Shown piece after piece: positions 52,701 to 64,000 of a stretch of 64,000 nucleotides of DNA. Origin of the DNA: Antedon mediterranea (lineage: Eukaryota > Animalia > Echinodermata); contig NC_092673.1 in the NCBI RefSeq assembly GCF_964355755.1, forward strand, positions 35,957,648 through 36,021,647, written 5' to 3'. Each line of letters begins with the position of its first letter. The stretch's first letter is position 1. The notes below the pieces were generated by a model. That model was not told the origin of the DNA and searched no databases. It saw only the letters and a list, made by a program, of their open reading frames with translations. The position numbers were made by a program, and so were the translations under genes.

Positions 52701-55700
52701 AATGGACGTCTTTTTTTTACCCCTACGCTGTGTGTTTAAATATTAGGTTGGATTATCATTGTACACCAGTAATGGTTATCTCTCAAAATGGACGTCTTTT
52801 TTTACCCCTACGCTGTGTGTTTAAATATTAGGCTGGATTACCATTGTACACCAGTAATGGTTATCTCTCAAAATGGACGTCTTTTTTACCCCTACGCTGT
52901 GTGTTTAAATATTAGGCTGGATTACCATTGTACACCAGTAATGGTTATCTCTCAAAATGGACGTCTTTTTTACCCCTACGCTGTGTGTTTAAATATTAGG
53001 CTGGATTACCATTGTACACCAGTAATGGTTATCTCTCAAAATGGACGTCTTTTTTTACCCCTACGCTGTGTGTTTAAATATTAGGCTGGATTATCATTGT
53101 ACACCAGTAATGGTTATCTCTCAAAATGGACGTCTTTTTTTACCCCTATGCTGTGTGTTTAAATATTAGGCTGGATTATCATTGTACACCAGTAATGGTT
53201 ATCTCTCAAAATGGACGTCTTTTTTTACCCCTACGCTGTGTGTTTAAATATTAGGTTGGATTATCATTGTACACCAGTAATGCTTATCTCTCAAAATGGA
53301 CGTCTTTTTTACCCCTACGCTGTGTGTTTAAATATTAGGCTGGATTACCATTGTACACCAGTAATGGTTATCTCTCAAAATGGACGTCTTTTTTACCCCT
53401 ACGCTGTGTGTTTAAATATTAGGCTGGATTATCATTGTACACCAGCAATGGTTATCTCTCAAAATGGACGTCTTTTTTTACCCCTACGCTGTGTGTTTAA
53501 ATATTAGGCTGGATTACCATTGTACACCAGTAATGGTTATCTCTCAAAATGGACGTCTTTTTTACCCCTACGCTGTGTGTTTAAATATTAGGTTGGATTA
53601 TCATTGTACACCAGTAATGGTTATCTCTCAAAATGGACATCTTTTTTTACCCCTACGCTGTGTGTTTAAATATTTAGGCTGGATTACCATTGTACACCAG
53701 TAATGGTTATCTCTCAAAATGGACGTCTTTTTTTATCCCTATGCTGTGTGTTTAAATATTAGGCTGGATTATCATTGTACACCAGTAATGGTTATCTCTC
53801 AAAATGGACATCTTTTTTTACCCCTACGCTGTGTGTTTAAATATTAGGCTGGATTACCATTGTACACCAGTAATGGTTATCTCTCAAAATAGACATCTTT
53901 TTTTACCCCTACGCTGTGTGTTTAAATATTAGGCTGGATTACCATTGTACACCAGTAATGGTTATCTCTCAAAATGGACATCTTTTTTTACCCCTACGCT
54001 GTGTGTTTAAATATTTAGGCTGGATTACCATTGTACACCAGTAATGGTTATCTCTCAAAATGGACATCTTTTTTTACCCCTACGCTGTGTGTTTAAATAT
54101 TAGGCTGGATTACCATTGTACACCAGTAATGGTTATCTCTCAAAATGGACGTCTTTTTTACCCCTACGCTGTGTGTTTAAATATTAGGCTGGATTACCAT
54201 TGTACACCAGTAATGGTTATCTCTCAAAATGGACGTCTTTTTTTACCCCTACGCTGTGTGTTTAAATATTAGGCTGGATTATCATTGTACACCAGTAATG
54301 GTTATCTCTCAAAATGGACGTCTTTTTTTACCCCTATGCTGTGTGTTTAAATATTAGGCTGGATTATCATTGTACACCAGTAATGGTTATCTCTCAAAAT
54401 GGACGTCTTTTTTACCCCTACGCTGTGTGTTTAAATATTAGGCTGGATTACCATTGTACACCAGTAATGGTTATCTCTCAAAATGGACGTCTTTTTTACC
54501 CCTATGCTGTGTGTTTAAATATTAGGCTGGATTATCATTGTACACCAGTAATGGTTATCTCTCAAAATGGACGTCTTTTTTTACCCCTACGCTGTGTGTT
54601 TAAATATTAGGCTGGATTACCATTGTACACCAGTAATGGTTATCTCTCAAAATGGACGTCTTTTTTTACCCCTACGCTGTGTGTTTAAATATTAGGCTGG
54701 ATTACCATTGTACACCAGTAATGGTTATCTCTCAAAATGGACGTCTTTTTTACCCCTACGCTGTGTGTTTAAATATTAGGTTGGATTATCATTGTACACC
54801 AGTAATGGTTATCTCTCAAAATGGACATCTTTTTTTACCCCTACGCTGTGTGTTTAAATATTTAGGCTGGATTACCATTGTACACCAGTGGTTATCTCTC
54901 AAAATGGACGTCTTTTTTTATCCCTATGCTGTGTGTTTAAATATTAGGCTGGATTATCATTGTACACCAGTAATGGTTATCTCTCAAAATGGACATCTTT
55001 TTTTACCCCTACGCTGTGTGTTTAAATATTAGGCTGGATTACCATTGTACACCAGTAATGGTTATCTCTCAAAATGGACATCTTTTTTTACCCCTACGCT
55101 GTGTGTTTAAATATTAGGCTGGATTATCATTGTACACCAGTAATGGTTATATATGCTGTGTGTTTAAATATTAGGCTGGATTACCATTGTACACCAGTAA
55201 TGGTTATCTCTCAAAATGGACGTCTTTTTTTACCCCTACGCTGTGTGTTTAAATATTAGGCTGGATTATCATTGTACACCAGTAATGGTTATCTCTCAAA
55301 ATGGACGTTTTTTTTTACCTCTATGCTGTGTGTTTAAATATTAGGCTGGATTACCATTGTACACCAGTAATGGTTATCTCTCAAAATGGACGTCTTTTTT
55401 TACCTCTATGCTGTGTGTTTAAATATTAGGCTGGATTACCATTGCACACCAGTAATGGTTATCTCTCAAAATGGACATCTTTTTTTACCCCTATGCTTGA
55501 AATAACTTTCTTAAATTTGTTCAAAATCCTGTTTAAGCCAAGTTGTGCTAATAATAGAATACTTCTTTGAATCTTAATTGTTTGTTTTTTGGGGGTTTTT
55601 TTGTCATTGAGGTTAGGGACAAATTTTTACATCCAGTAATAGTTATCTCGCAAAATGGAGGACTTTTTGTACCTCCCCATGCTTTCAATAATTGTTCGTT

Positions 55701-58700
55701 TAAACCAAATCAAATGTGATAATTGTTTGATACCTCTTTGTATAATCTTTATTAACTAATTGGTTTTTTTTTTGTCATTTAGGTTACAGGATATTTAAAT
55801 TTGTTTGCAAATTTTATTGATAATTTTACCCATGGACTTGCAGTAGCTGGTAGCTTTCTTGTTAGTAAAAAGGTAAATACCCTAATATCTCACTTGAGTT
55901 TTCTTTCAAATTTTTCATGCAAGTAATGATCTGGGTGTGGTTACATTTATCAGTTGATAACATTAACATATTAACTCTGCTAAAGCTATGTATAGGATAT
56001 GGATACCCTTACTGTGCTGAAATGTAGCCTTAGGGTCAAATATTAAAGATAAAGGTCATTTAAGTATATTATATCATATGGGAAAAGTTGTGTTATTGAA
56101 GGATCAAAGTTTATTATACTTTACTGGAATCAAATTTTGTTTTAGCGATATTCTAAATGTAATATTTTGTGTAAATGTGTTATTTTTGGTTATTTGAATG
56201 AACTTTTAAATGGAATTTTATATTTATACTTTTTATATTAGAATGTAAATTTGGCGAAATTCTGATTTTTCTGCAATTTCACTTATAATTGAATTGAATT
56301 TGAATTAATACATTAGCTCTCCAACTATCAATCAATATATATCAATATATATCAATATATATCAATATATATCAATATATATCAATATATATTAGTTATT
56401 TGGGATTGATAAAGTTAAAATGTGAAAATTGTATGAAAATGAAATAATGTATCAAGAACTGCATTCCCACATTATGCCATATAAGGGTACTAGTATGATT
56501 TTATATTACCAACATGTAAAATGAATTTCATTGATTTCTGAAAAATGTCACTAATAAACTAATGATATTAATGTTTTTTAGGTTGGCATTGTAACAACAT
56601 TTGCAATAATGCTGCATGAAATACCACATGAGGTAAACATTAATGTAAACTATTTACTTTATAAAATTGTTAAAACTGAAGTTTTAAAATTATTGAAACT
56701 TTATAAAAAAGTAATACTATACAGTCAACTGTATACTGTATACATCTATATATTAATTTACAGGCTTTGACAAACTGCTCTATGATATACTGGAAATAAA
56801 ATAAATTAATGTATACACTTCTAAGATTGAGGAAATCTGTATTATTCATACAAATTTGTCAAATTGTTATATTTTTTCTTAAAGATTGGAGATTTTGCAA
56901 TATTACTACGTTCAGGTTTTGATAGAAAGAGTGCAGCAAAAAATCAAGTCATGACCGCAACAGGAGGCATGCTAGGAGCTGTATTTGCTCTGGCATCAGA
57001 TTCAGCAGAGGGTGTAGGTGAGTAAGATGTAATTGTCTAGGGAGTGAGTATGAAACTCTGTCTACACTATCAAACTTTATGTGAAAAATGTGATATCACA
57101 TCACATATTTGGGCATATCACTACCGTACATCACACTTTTTTGTCATACTAGTTTGATAGTGTAGACATAGCTTCAGGGACTGCAACGGGAGGAATGCTA
57201 GGAGCTGTATTTGCTCTTGGCATCAGATCAGAGGGTGTATGTGGGTAGGATGTAAATGCCTATTACTAGGGAGTGTGTTTTAATGATTTAACATTTTGTT
57301 TGTGAACAATTTAATATTCTAAAAACAGGAAATAATTTGGTGTTTTTTTATATCTCTGTAGGCAGCAGTTCAGCATGGGTTCTACCATTTACATCTGGGG
57401 GATTTTTATTCATTTCTCTTGTTACAATTGTACCAGAATTACTTGAAGAAAAAAATGCTAGGTAAGTATAAATCCTTGAAGATATTCCACAAATAAAAAG
57501 TTAATACAAATACATAATGGTACTATTATGAAGAACAATTGGCTTCAGTGAATGTATGAGTTCTGAACAATTGGATTCAGTGAATGTAAGAGTTCTGAAC
57601 AATTGGCTTCAGTGAATGTAAGAGTTCTGAACAATTGGCTTCAGTGAATGTATGAGTTCTGAACAATTGGCTTCAGTGAATGTATGAGTTCTGAACAATA
57701 GAGAGAAATGGCGAACCGCGATGACGTCACTCAAATTTCACTGAGCGGGTATAGATTGTAAACAAACCATTTCGCCACATGTTTTTGTATGGGAAATTCC
57801 GATGGGTTGAGTTAAAAAAGTAGGTAGAAAAGAACGTTTAAAACACACATAATAGCAGTATCTTTTTTTTTTTGCAACCCCTTAACAATTTTAATGTTAT
57901 ATGGGCAAATCTTAACATATTTTATTTTAATTTGGATTGAATTAAGACGCGTTTTTGTTATATACTGTACCCAGCTCTAGGCCCTAGATAGTTGGCCTGT
58001 ATATGCTGTAGTACCTCGAGTACTCGAGCCTAGCACGGATTATCGGTTATTATAATAATCATAATAATAATAATAATATTGGAAATTCGTTATTGCATAC
58101 TGTATTACTACTACTACTAATTTAGCTAGGGTGCTGCTAAGCCTCTCCTAGCTAGGTAGTAAGACTAAATAGAGCATCTCTAGTAGATGTAGGCCTAGCA
58201 TTAGTTTCAGCTTGACAACTGCCATTTTGTTATGTGGCTAGTGAGTAGTGATGCTTCCTTCCTGCAGGGGGCTATCGCCAGTAATGATACTTGATAACAC
58301 CATTCTACTATAATACTATAGGCCTAGTCTAATGTAGACCTACAGATATGAGATATTTTTAGGAATATGATTGTGAATGATGGATGACTTTTATACATAA
58401 CAAGAATTATGAGCGTTACAGCAACAACATTGGTTAGACGACGCCATGATTCACGTGTATAAACATAGGAAATGTGCCGCCCTCAACGGTTTGTTATGAT
58501 TTTATACCCACTCGGATTTTAGACGCCGGTTCGCCATTTCTCTCTATTGGCTTCAGTGAATGTAAGAGTTCTGAACAATTGGCTTCAGTGAATGTAAGAG
58601 TTCTGAACAATTGGCTTCTGTGAATGTATGAGTTCTGAACAATTGGCTTCAGTGAATGTATGAGTTCTGCAACGCTGCAGACAATACAATAGTGATGTGT

Positions 58701-59359
58701 CCTTTACCTTTTCCTTATTGGTCAATATATATATATATATATATGTATACCGCTTCCCTGCTGTCATCCAGTAGCATTTATTCATTCATTCATTTCTCTC
58801 TATTTCGGACTTAATGTTCATAGAAAAAGCAAATATTAACAAAAGTTAATCCACAAACTATATAAAAGTTTATCTAATTAACTTTAAAAAAAATTTGTTC
58901 CATTTTTTAAGAAGCTTTGATTCAAGAATAAGAGTAATAAAATGTCTCAATTGTCTTATCCCACTCAGCAATGTTTAGTGAAATTTGTTGTTCTAAAATA
59001 TGTACATTGTATTATTTTGTCTGATCTGTTTTGCATTGTACTATTACTTGTCTATTTTCATAATGTTATTGTCGGTCCATATGCTAGTATTGATTGTATG
59101 AATAATATCTGTATTGTTAAGTCACCTATAAAGTAATATTGATTTTTTTGGCCATTTATGTTGATATTGAATATTATAGATTCACAAAAAAAAAAAAAAA
59201 AAATTTATTCTGCTAATACAATACTGTAAGCTTAAAATATGATGGGTTGCGGTACTTTTGATAATTGTTAATGTTTTATCTTTCAGGGAATCATTAAAGC
59301 AGACAATTTGCTTGTGTATAGGAATTGCTGTGATGTATCTTGTCAGCTACTTTCATTAA
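49704..59359 (+). CDS. SLC39A13: Zinc transporter ZIP13 (LIV-1 subfamily)
   Basis: Exons 49704-50028, 50361-50468, 51687-51790, 52047-52259, 55783-55872, 56582-56632, 56885-57017, 57362-57461, 59287-59359. Signal peptide, then [81 protein letters not shown]. It lacks the long His-rich N-terminus of ZIP7. Confidence 0.93.
51826..51938. repeat. 18-bp tandem repeat, about 6 copies
   Basis: Unit TAACTTAGGTACCGTACT. Confidence 0.85.
52468..55497. repeat. 84-86-bp satellite, about 36 copies, in SLC39A13 intron
   Basis: Unit GCTGTGTGTTTAAATATTAGGCTGGATTAYCATTGTACACCAGTAATGGTTATCTCTCAAAATGGACGTC(T)6-8ACCCCTAC. Confidence 0.97.
56327..56392. repeat. 10-bp repeat
   Basis: (ATCAATATAT)n, about 6 copies. 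Confidence 0.9.
57055..57173. mobile_element. MITE family C copy
   Basis: CTCTGTCTACACTATCAAAC...GTTTGATAGTGTAGACATAG. Confidence 0.8.
57533..58669. repeat. 32-bp tandem repeat split by a DNA transposon
   Basis: Unit GAACAATTGGCTTCAGTGAATGTAWGAGTTCT. Confidence 0.9.
57700..58545. mobile_element. Non-autonomous ISL2EU-like (Harbinger group) element
   Basis: TIR AGAGAGAAATGGCGAACCG/CGGTTCGCCATTTCTCTCT. The empty site GAACAATTGGC in neighbouring units shows a 2-bp AT duplication. Confidence 0.8.
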
Positions 59360-59768
59360 TTGATGAGCTTGCAACAAAGTACAAAAATTCAATTGATTGT
59401 AATCAGAGAATAATGAAGTAGTCCAATGCAAACACATGGTGTCATTTGCATTGTTAACATGTGTTCACACTGGTGTTATTTGCAGTGTTAACACGCATTC
59501 CCACTGGTGTAATTTGCATTGTTATGCATTCACACATGTGTCATTTGGCAGTGTTAACATGTATTTAGGAGTAACTTTCCAACAAACGGTGCTATTTTTT
59601 ATGTTTGACAAATGAGGCTAAATTAATGTAATACTTTATATATATTATGTACAGTATCAAATAAAAACATATATCTTAAAACTGTAAATATAAAAATAAT
59701 TTTTTACCAGTTTTACCAATTTTAAAAGTTAAGGTAATTAAGGATAAAACACACCTTTTTCAGGTAAG

Positions 59769-59915
59769 TTTGATATAATTATGGCAGATAATCTATAATT
59801 TGATATAATTATGGCAGATAATCTATAATTTGATATAATTATGGCAGATAATCTATAATTTGATATAATTATGGCAGATAATCTATAATTTGATATAATT
59901 ATGGCAGATAATCTA
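59769..59915. repeat. 30-bp tandem repeat, about 5 copies
   Basis: Unit TTTGATATAATTATGGCAGATAATCTATAA. Confidence 0.9.
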
Positions 59916-60152
59916 AATTCAAGGTGACTATGTCGATGAGAAAGATTTTTATGTGCCATCAGTTGCATTATACAACTATTTTATAATAACTACGACTTGA
60001 AGACTTCACCAAACCATTGGTTGCAAAAAGGCAACTTATCATCGTCCAAGTTTGTACTTTTTCCACTGTTTTCTATATTTATATAATAATCCTAGTTAGG
60101 TGATAATTATGCACTTTTTGATTTGACAAAGACAGATATTAGATATACCATG

Positions 60153-60374
60153 TGTACACATTATGTGGTGCATTCTAGGTGAAACAACAAATAATGTACA
60201 CATTATGTGGTGTATTCTAGGTGAAAACAACAAATAATGTACACATTATGTGGTGTATTCTAGGTGAAACAACAAATAATGTACACATAATGTGGTGTAT
60301 TCTAGGTGAAAACAACAAATAATGTACACATTATGTGGTGTATTCTAGGTGAAAACAACAAATAATGTACACAT
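60153..60374. repeat. 42-43-bp tandem repeat, about 5 copies
   Basis: Unit TGTACACATTATGTGGTGTATTCTAGGTGAAAACAACAAATAA. Confidence 0.9.
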
Positions 60375-60781
60375 CTTGTTTTATTCAATATATTTATTTC
60401 AAATAATTAATACAGTAGCTTATTTATGATCTAAAATAATGCAAATAAAATCATCTATTGTTTTTGACTCTCCTCAGTGCTTCACTATTGTGTTTTATAT
60501 TTCGATCACTGAAAAGAATAAAATTAACCAGCCATACAAAACTGGCAAATGTTATAGTATATTAACCAGCCATACAAAACTGGCAAATGTTATAAGTCTG
60601 TTATTCCTGAGTTGTTAATTCCTTAAAAGGAACGATATTATTCGTCAAAACATCAAAACAAATTTTAATTTACAGTTACCTAATAAATTGTAAAAACAAA
60701 TTTTAATTTTACAGTTATCCAATAAATTGTAAAAACCTTTATATTGGTCTTTGGTTGTTGATTTGTACATTTAATTATGGT

Positions 60782-60948
60782 CTCTGTTCTACTACACTGT
60801 TTGTATATCAAGTCCCTCCCTATGTTGTTTACTTCCCTCTGTTCTACTACACTGTTTGTATATCAAGTCCCTCCCTATGTTGTTTACTTCCCTCTGTTCT
60901 ACTACACTGTTTGTATATCAAGTCCCTCCCTATGTTGTTTACTTCCCT
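60782..60948. repeat. 55-bp tandem repeat, 3 copies, in PRELID1 3' UTR
   Basis: Unit CTCTGTTCTACTACACTGTTTGTATATCAAGTCCCTCCCTATGTTGTTTACTTCC. Confidence 0.9.
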
Positions 60949-61042
60949 ATCGGTGGTGTAGTTTTATTGTTTAATTTTGATGCAATTTCTCTCATAATTC
61001 AAAGTGTTCCTATAGATATAAACTGGCACATTCAATTTCAAT

Positions 61043-61790
61043 TCATTGGCACATCCCTGCTTTGGCTGCCATTTTAGCAGCCTTCGTTTTCGCAGTATTC
61101 TTCATCTTTGACATCTCTGTCGGCAGAATGTCAACATTTGATTTTTCAGTGGTTGGATAAAGGCGATCAATCACATATTGTAATCCGCGGTTTGATTTTA
61201 AAATGTTTGTTTTATATCTTTCCAGACCAAAAGCCTGAAGTGGTCTAGAAAACCCATACATATTTGAATTGATCCATGCTTCCTTTTCAACAACAGTCCA
61301 GTCTTTGTTTTCTGAGGAAGCTTTGTAAACGCACTTTTCTTCCAAAACCTATAAATAATAATTTGGTTAATTACTTTCACTTGAAATAACCATGATTTTC
61401 TACTATATCTTAAGTTTAAGTAATCTACATTTAAATAAAGTCTAGATAGTCTAGATACCCTAGATAGTCCAGATACCCTAGATAGTCTAGATCCAACCAT
61501 GTAAACAAACCACCCTTTCTTTTTTTAATTAACATTCCATCATTTACTTGTTGTAGTAACTGGTACCCACCATAAATCTTGTATATCCAATATTCCTAGT
61601 ATACGATGTCATGACCTTCTTAATTGGATCTACAACAGTCTCCTCTACGATGTACACGTGCCGTGCATTGTTCCCAAACACAAAGTTTCCCCATCGAGGC
61701 ATGCGATTGGTCTTTGATAATATTCGAGTAGACACTAATTTGTTGTCCTCCACATTTCTTGATATTGTATCTTCAGATATGACATGTTTA
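61043..61790 (-). CDS. PRELID1: PRELI domain-containing protein 1 (mitochondrial lipid transfer), last two exons; first exon beyond window
   Basis: Exons 61790-61571 (SKHVISEDTISR...LSKTNRMPRWG...VYIVEETVVDP...SYTRNIGYTRFM) and 61348-61043 (VLEEKCVY...EAWINS...LQAFGLERYK...RGLQYVI), GT-AG. Confidence 0.9.
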
Positions 61791-61934
61791 CTGAACAATA
61801 GAACAAATATTTCATATGATTAATTTAGTAAAAATTCAAAAAATTGTTTTGGAAAATTATTAGAATTTATTTAATATAATTGTGGGTATATTTTAGAACA
61901 TTGGTAAATCACAGACTAAGATTAGGAAGGGATC

Positions 61935-64000
61935 CAGTCAAGTCGCCCCATCGCAAAGTCGCCCCATACAAAGTCGCCCAATACAAAGTCGCCCCATCGC
62001 AAAGTCGCCCCAAAACAAAGTCGCCCCGGCACAGTCGCCCCATCTCAAAGTCGCCCCATTACAAAGTCGCCCCATCGCAAATTCGCCCCATCGCAAAGTC
62101 GCCCCAACGCAAAGTCGCCCAATCGCAAAGTCGCCCACGGTTTTAATCATATCGGTTGCGTTTGATATCGATTGCGTTGTTACTTTGGTCACGCTAAATG
62201 TCGTATACATTAATGTTTATCCTATTATATACATAATGTGTTTTAATTTGTATTTTACAGGTTTTACTGGAGTGATGTGCTTTTTAAAAATCATTAAAAA
62301 AATAGTCCCTTGTTTGAAAGTTTTAAAAAGATTATCCCTGATTTAGGCCTATAGTTTCGAAAATGTTAATTTAATATGATTTTAAAATTAGTTACCAGAG
62401 CCACAATTACAATTTCTTCAACCTACGCGATACCAGCTCATTTTTTAGGATAATAGCCTATAATAAATGTATAAATGTGTAGTAGGCCTTCGTATAGATT
62501 TACAGTAGTTAAAACAATAACAGTGTTGTAATAGGCTACTTATTGATCATTTTGCATTTATTGACAAGTTATGTGTCTTAATTTTATAATGACTTTTCAA
62601 AATGAAGAAAAAAAGGGGATTTCATCGCCGATATGATTGTTTTACATGCAGGTATTAGTAAAATTAAAACGCAACATTTTGACCATGGAAAAACCATCGT
62701 ACAGTATCGTGTGCGTGTTTTTTAAAAAGGGGAATCCCCGACGGTCAGCAGAAAGACGTAGCAGCTGTGAGGAAACAGATACCAGAAGGCGCAGCTCCGA
62801 TTGGATTCAGAGAATGTTTCAGATGGCGAGTCGCCTTTTATTCAACAGCACAATGATCATTTTACTGAAGAAATTTTTTTCAATCCTTTTGGTTATAGAA
62901 CATTCTAATTATAATGCCTAATAAATATCCTCATATCGGGTGTTTATTTAATTTTAAATTAAACAAGACAGTGAAGAGGCACGGAATAATACGTACACGG
63001 ACGTACGACAAATACACACACGCACGTTATCATTTACGACATATAGTGGTGATATGATGCAATTTTATAATGGGATATAATGATGGGATTGCCTTTCCAG
63101 GAGTCTTACAATCAATGTTCACTGTAATACTATGTATATAATAGTAAACTGAATGTTTATAAATAAATTGTTTTACGTAATTTGTTGCATATAAAATAAA
63201 AGACACAGACGTAGCCTACGTTTCCTATAAAATATTTCACATTTAAATAATTATGTAAATTGTACTGTTAAATGACATTATGCTGGATAATACTATATCT
63301 TAAACTATGTTTACAAATTGTCATTTTTTAAGCCACACATCTTTCTCATCATAGGCCTACTGACCTGTAAAATAAAAACAAAAATCAATTATTAATATAG
63401 GCCTAATAATAATAATAAATATTCATCGACCAAAGTAAAAATAATCTAGATCGTATAACATCATTTTATCGCGACCGATTTCGAACGCGACTGATGATAT
63501 CATCGTAAAACTCCGGCGGGGTTTCCCCATCTTCAGATGGTGCGTTGTAGAGTGCGACAACGGCAACGGCGGAGTAATTACGAGGGTTTCCCTCTGGTAA
63601 GCTAGCACGTTAGAGTGCGACCGCGGAGTGCGACCGAGTGATTAGTCGGGGGCTTCCTCTCTGATATGGGGGTGCGTGCCGATCGTGTGACCTGAGACTA
63701 CATGGCGGGGCTTCCCCTTTTATGCCTACACAATCTGTGTTATTTTGTGTATCATTGCAACATTTTACGCACTTGTAAACTGTTTTTTAACGTTTTGGGG
63801 CGACTTTGCGATAGGGCGACTTTGTGATGGGGCGACTTTGCGATGGAGCGACTTTGCGTTGGGGCGACTTTGCGATGGGGCGACTTTGCGATAGGGCGAC
63901 TGTGTCGGGGCGACTTTGCGATGGGGCGACTTTGCGATGGGGCGACTGTGTAAGGGGCGACTTTGTATGGGGCGACTTTGCGATGGGGCGACTTGACTAG
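61935..64000. mobile_element. About 2.07-kb foldback-type DNA element with subterminal tandem repeats in PRELID1 intron
   Basis: Left arm CCAGTCAAGTCGCCCC + (ATCGCAAAGTCGCCCC)n at 61935-62137. The right arm is its reverse complement, 63797-64000, ending GGGGCGACTTGACTAG. Confidence 0.85.

Noticed and set aside
52788-55259. Multiple Cys/His ORFs
   Set aside because: They come from the 85-bp satellite, with frames broken by a variable T run.
13998-60948. CRISPR-like arrays
   Set aside because: Units are head-to-tail without unique spacers, there are no cas genes, and the context is eukaryotic.

Overview
This is AT-rich, intron-rich animal genomic DNA, probably from a marine invertebrate deuterostome (an inference from the genes, Deu/CORE-type SINEs and frequent TAGGCCTA). 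Five conserved genes were assembled by hand from splice sites: the 3' part of DCLRE1A/SNM1A (+), CREBRF (+), a complete WDR11 (+), SLC39A13/ZIP13 (+) and the 3' part of PRELID1 (-). An orphan B-box exon is joined to a decayed Penelope-like ORF. Introns and spacers hold about 20 unrelated local tandem arrays and many non-autonomous transposons (Kolobok-, Harbinger-, ISL2EU- and hAT-like, a Helitron, a foldback element, SINEs). Main points of interest: (1) WDR11 ends with a GC-AG intron followed by a U12 AT-AC intron containing a Helitron; (2) a minimal Penelope-type hammerhead ribozyme lies antisense in a WDR11 intron; (3) splice sites are repeatedly duplicated in tandem in three genes; (4) CREBRF has an in-frame upstream exon with no AUG and three uORFs, and appears to lack the YFWxY motif. 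Most long ORFs in the supplied track are satellite artefacts. No new multi-gene system is supported.
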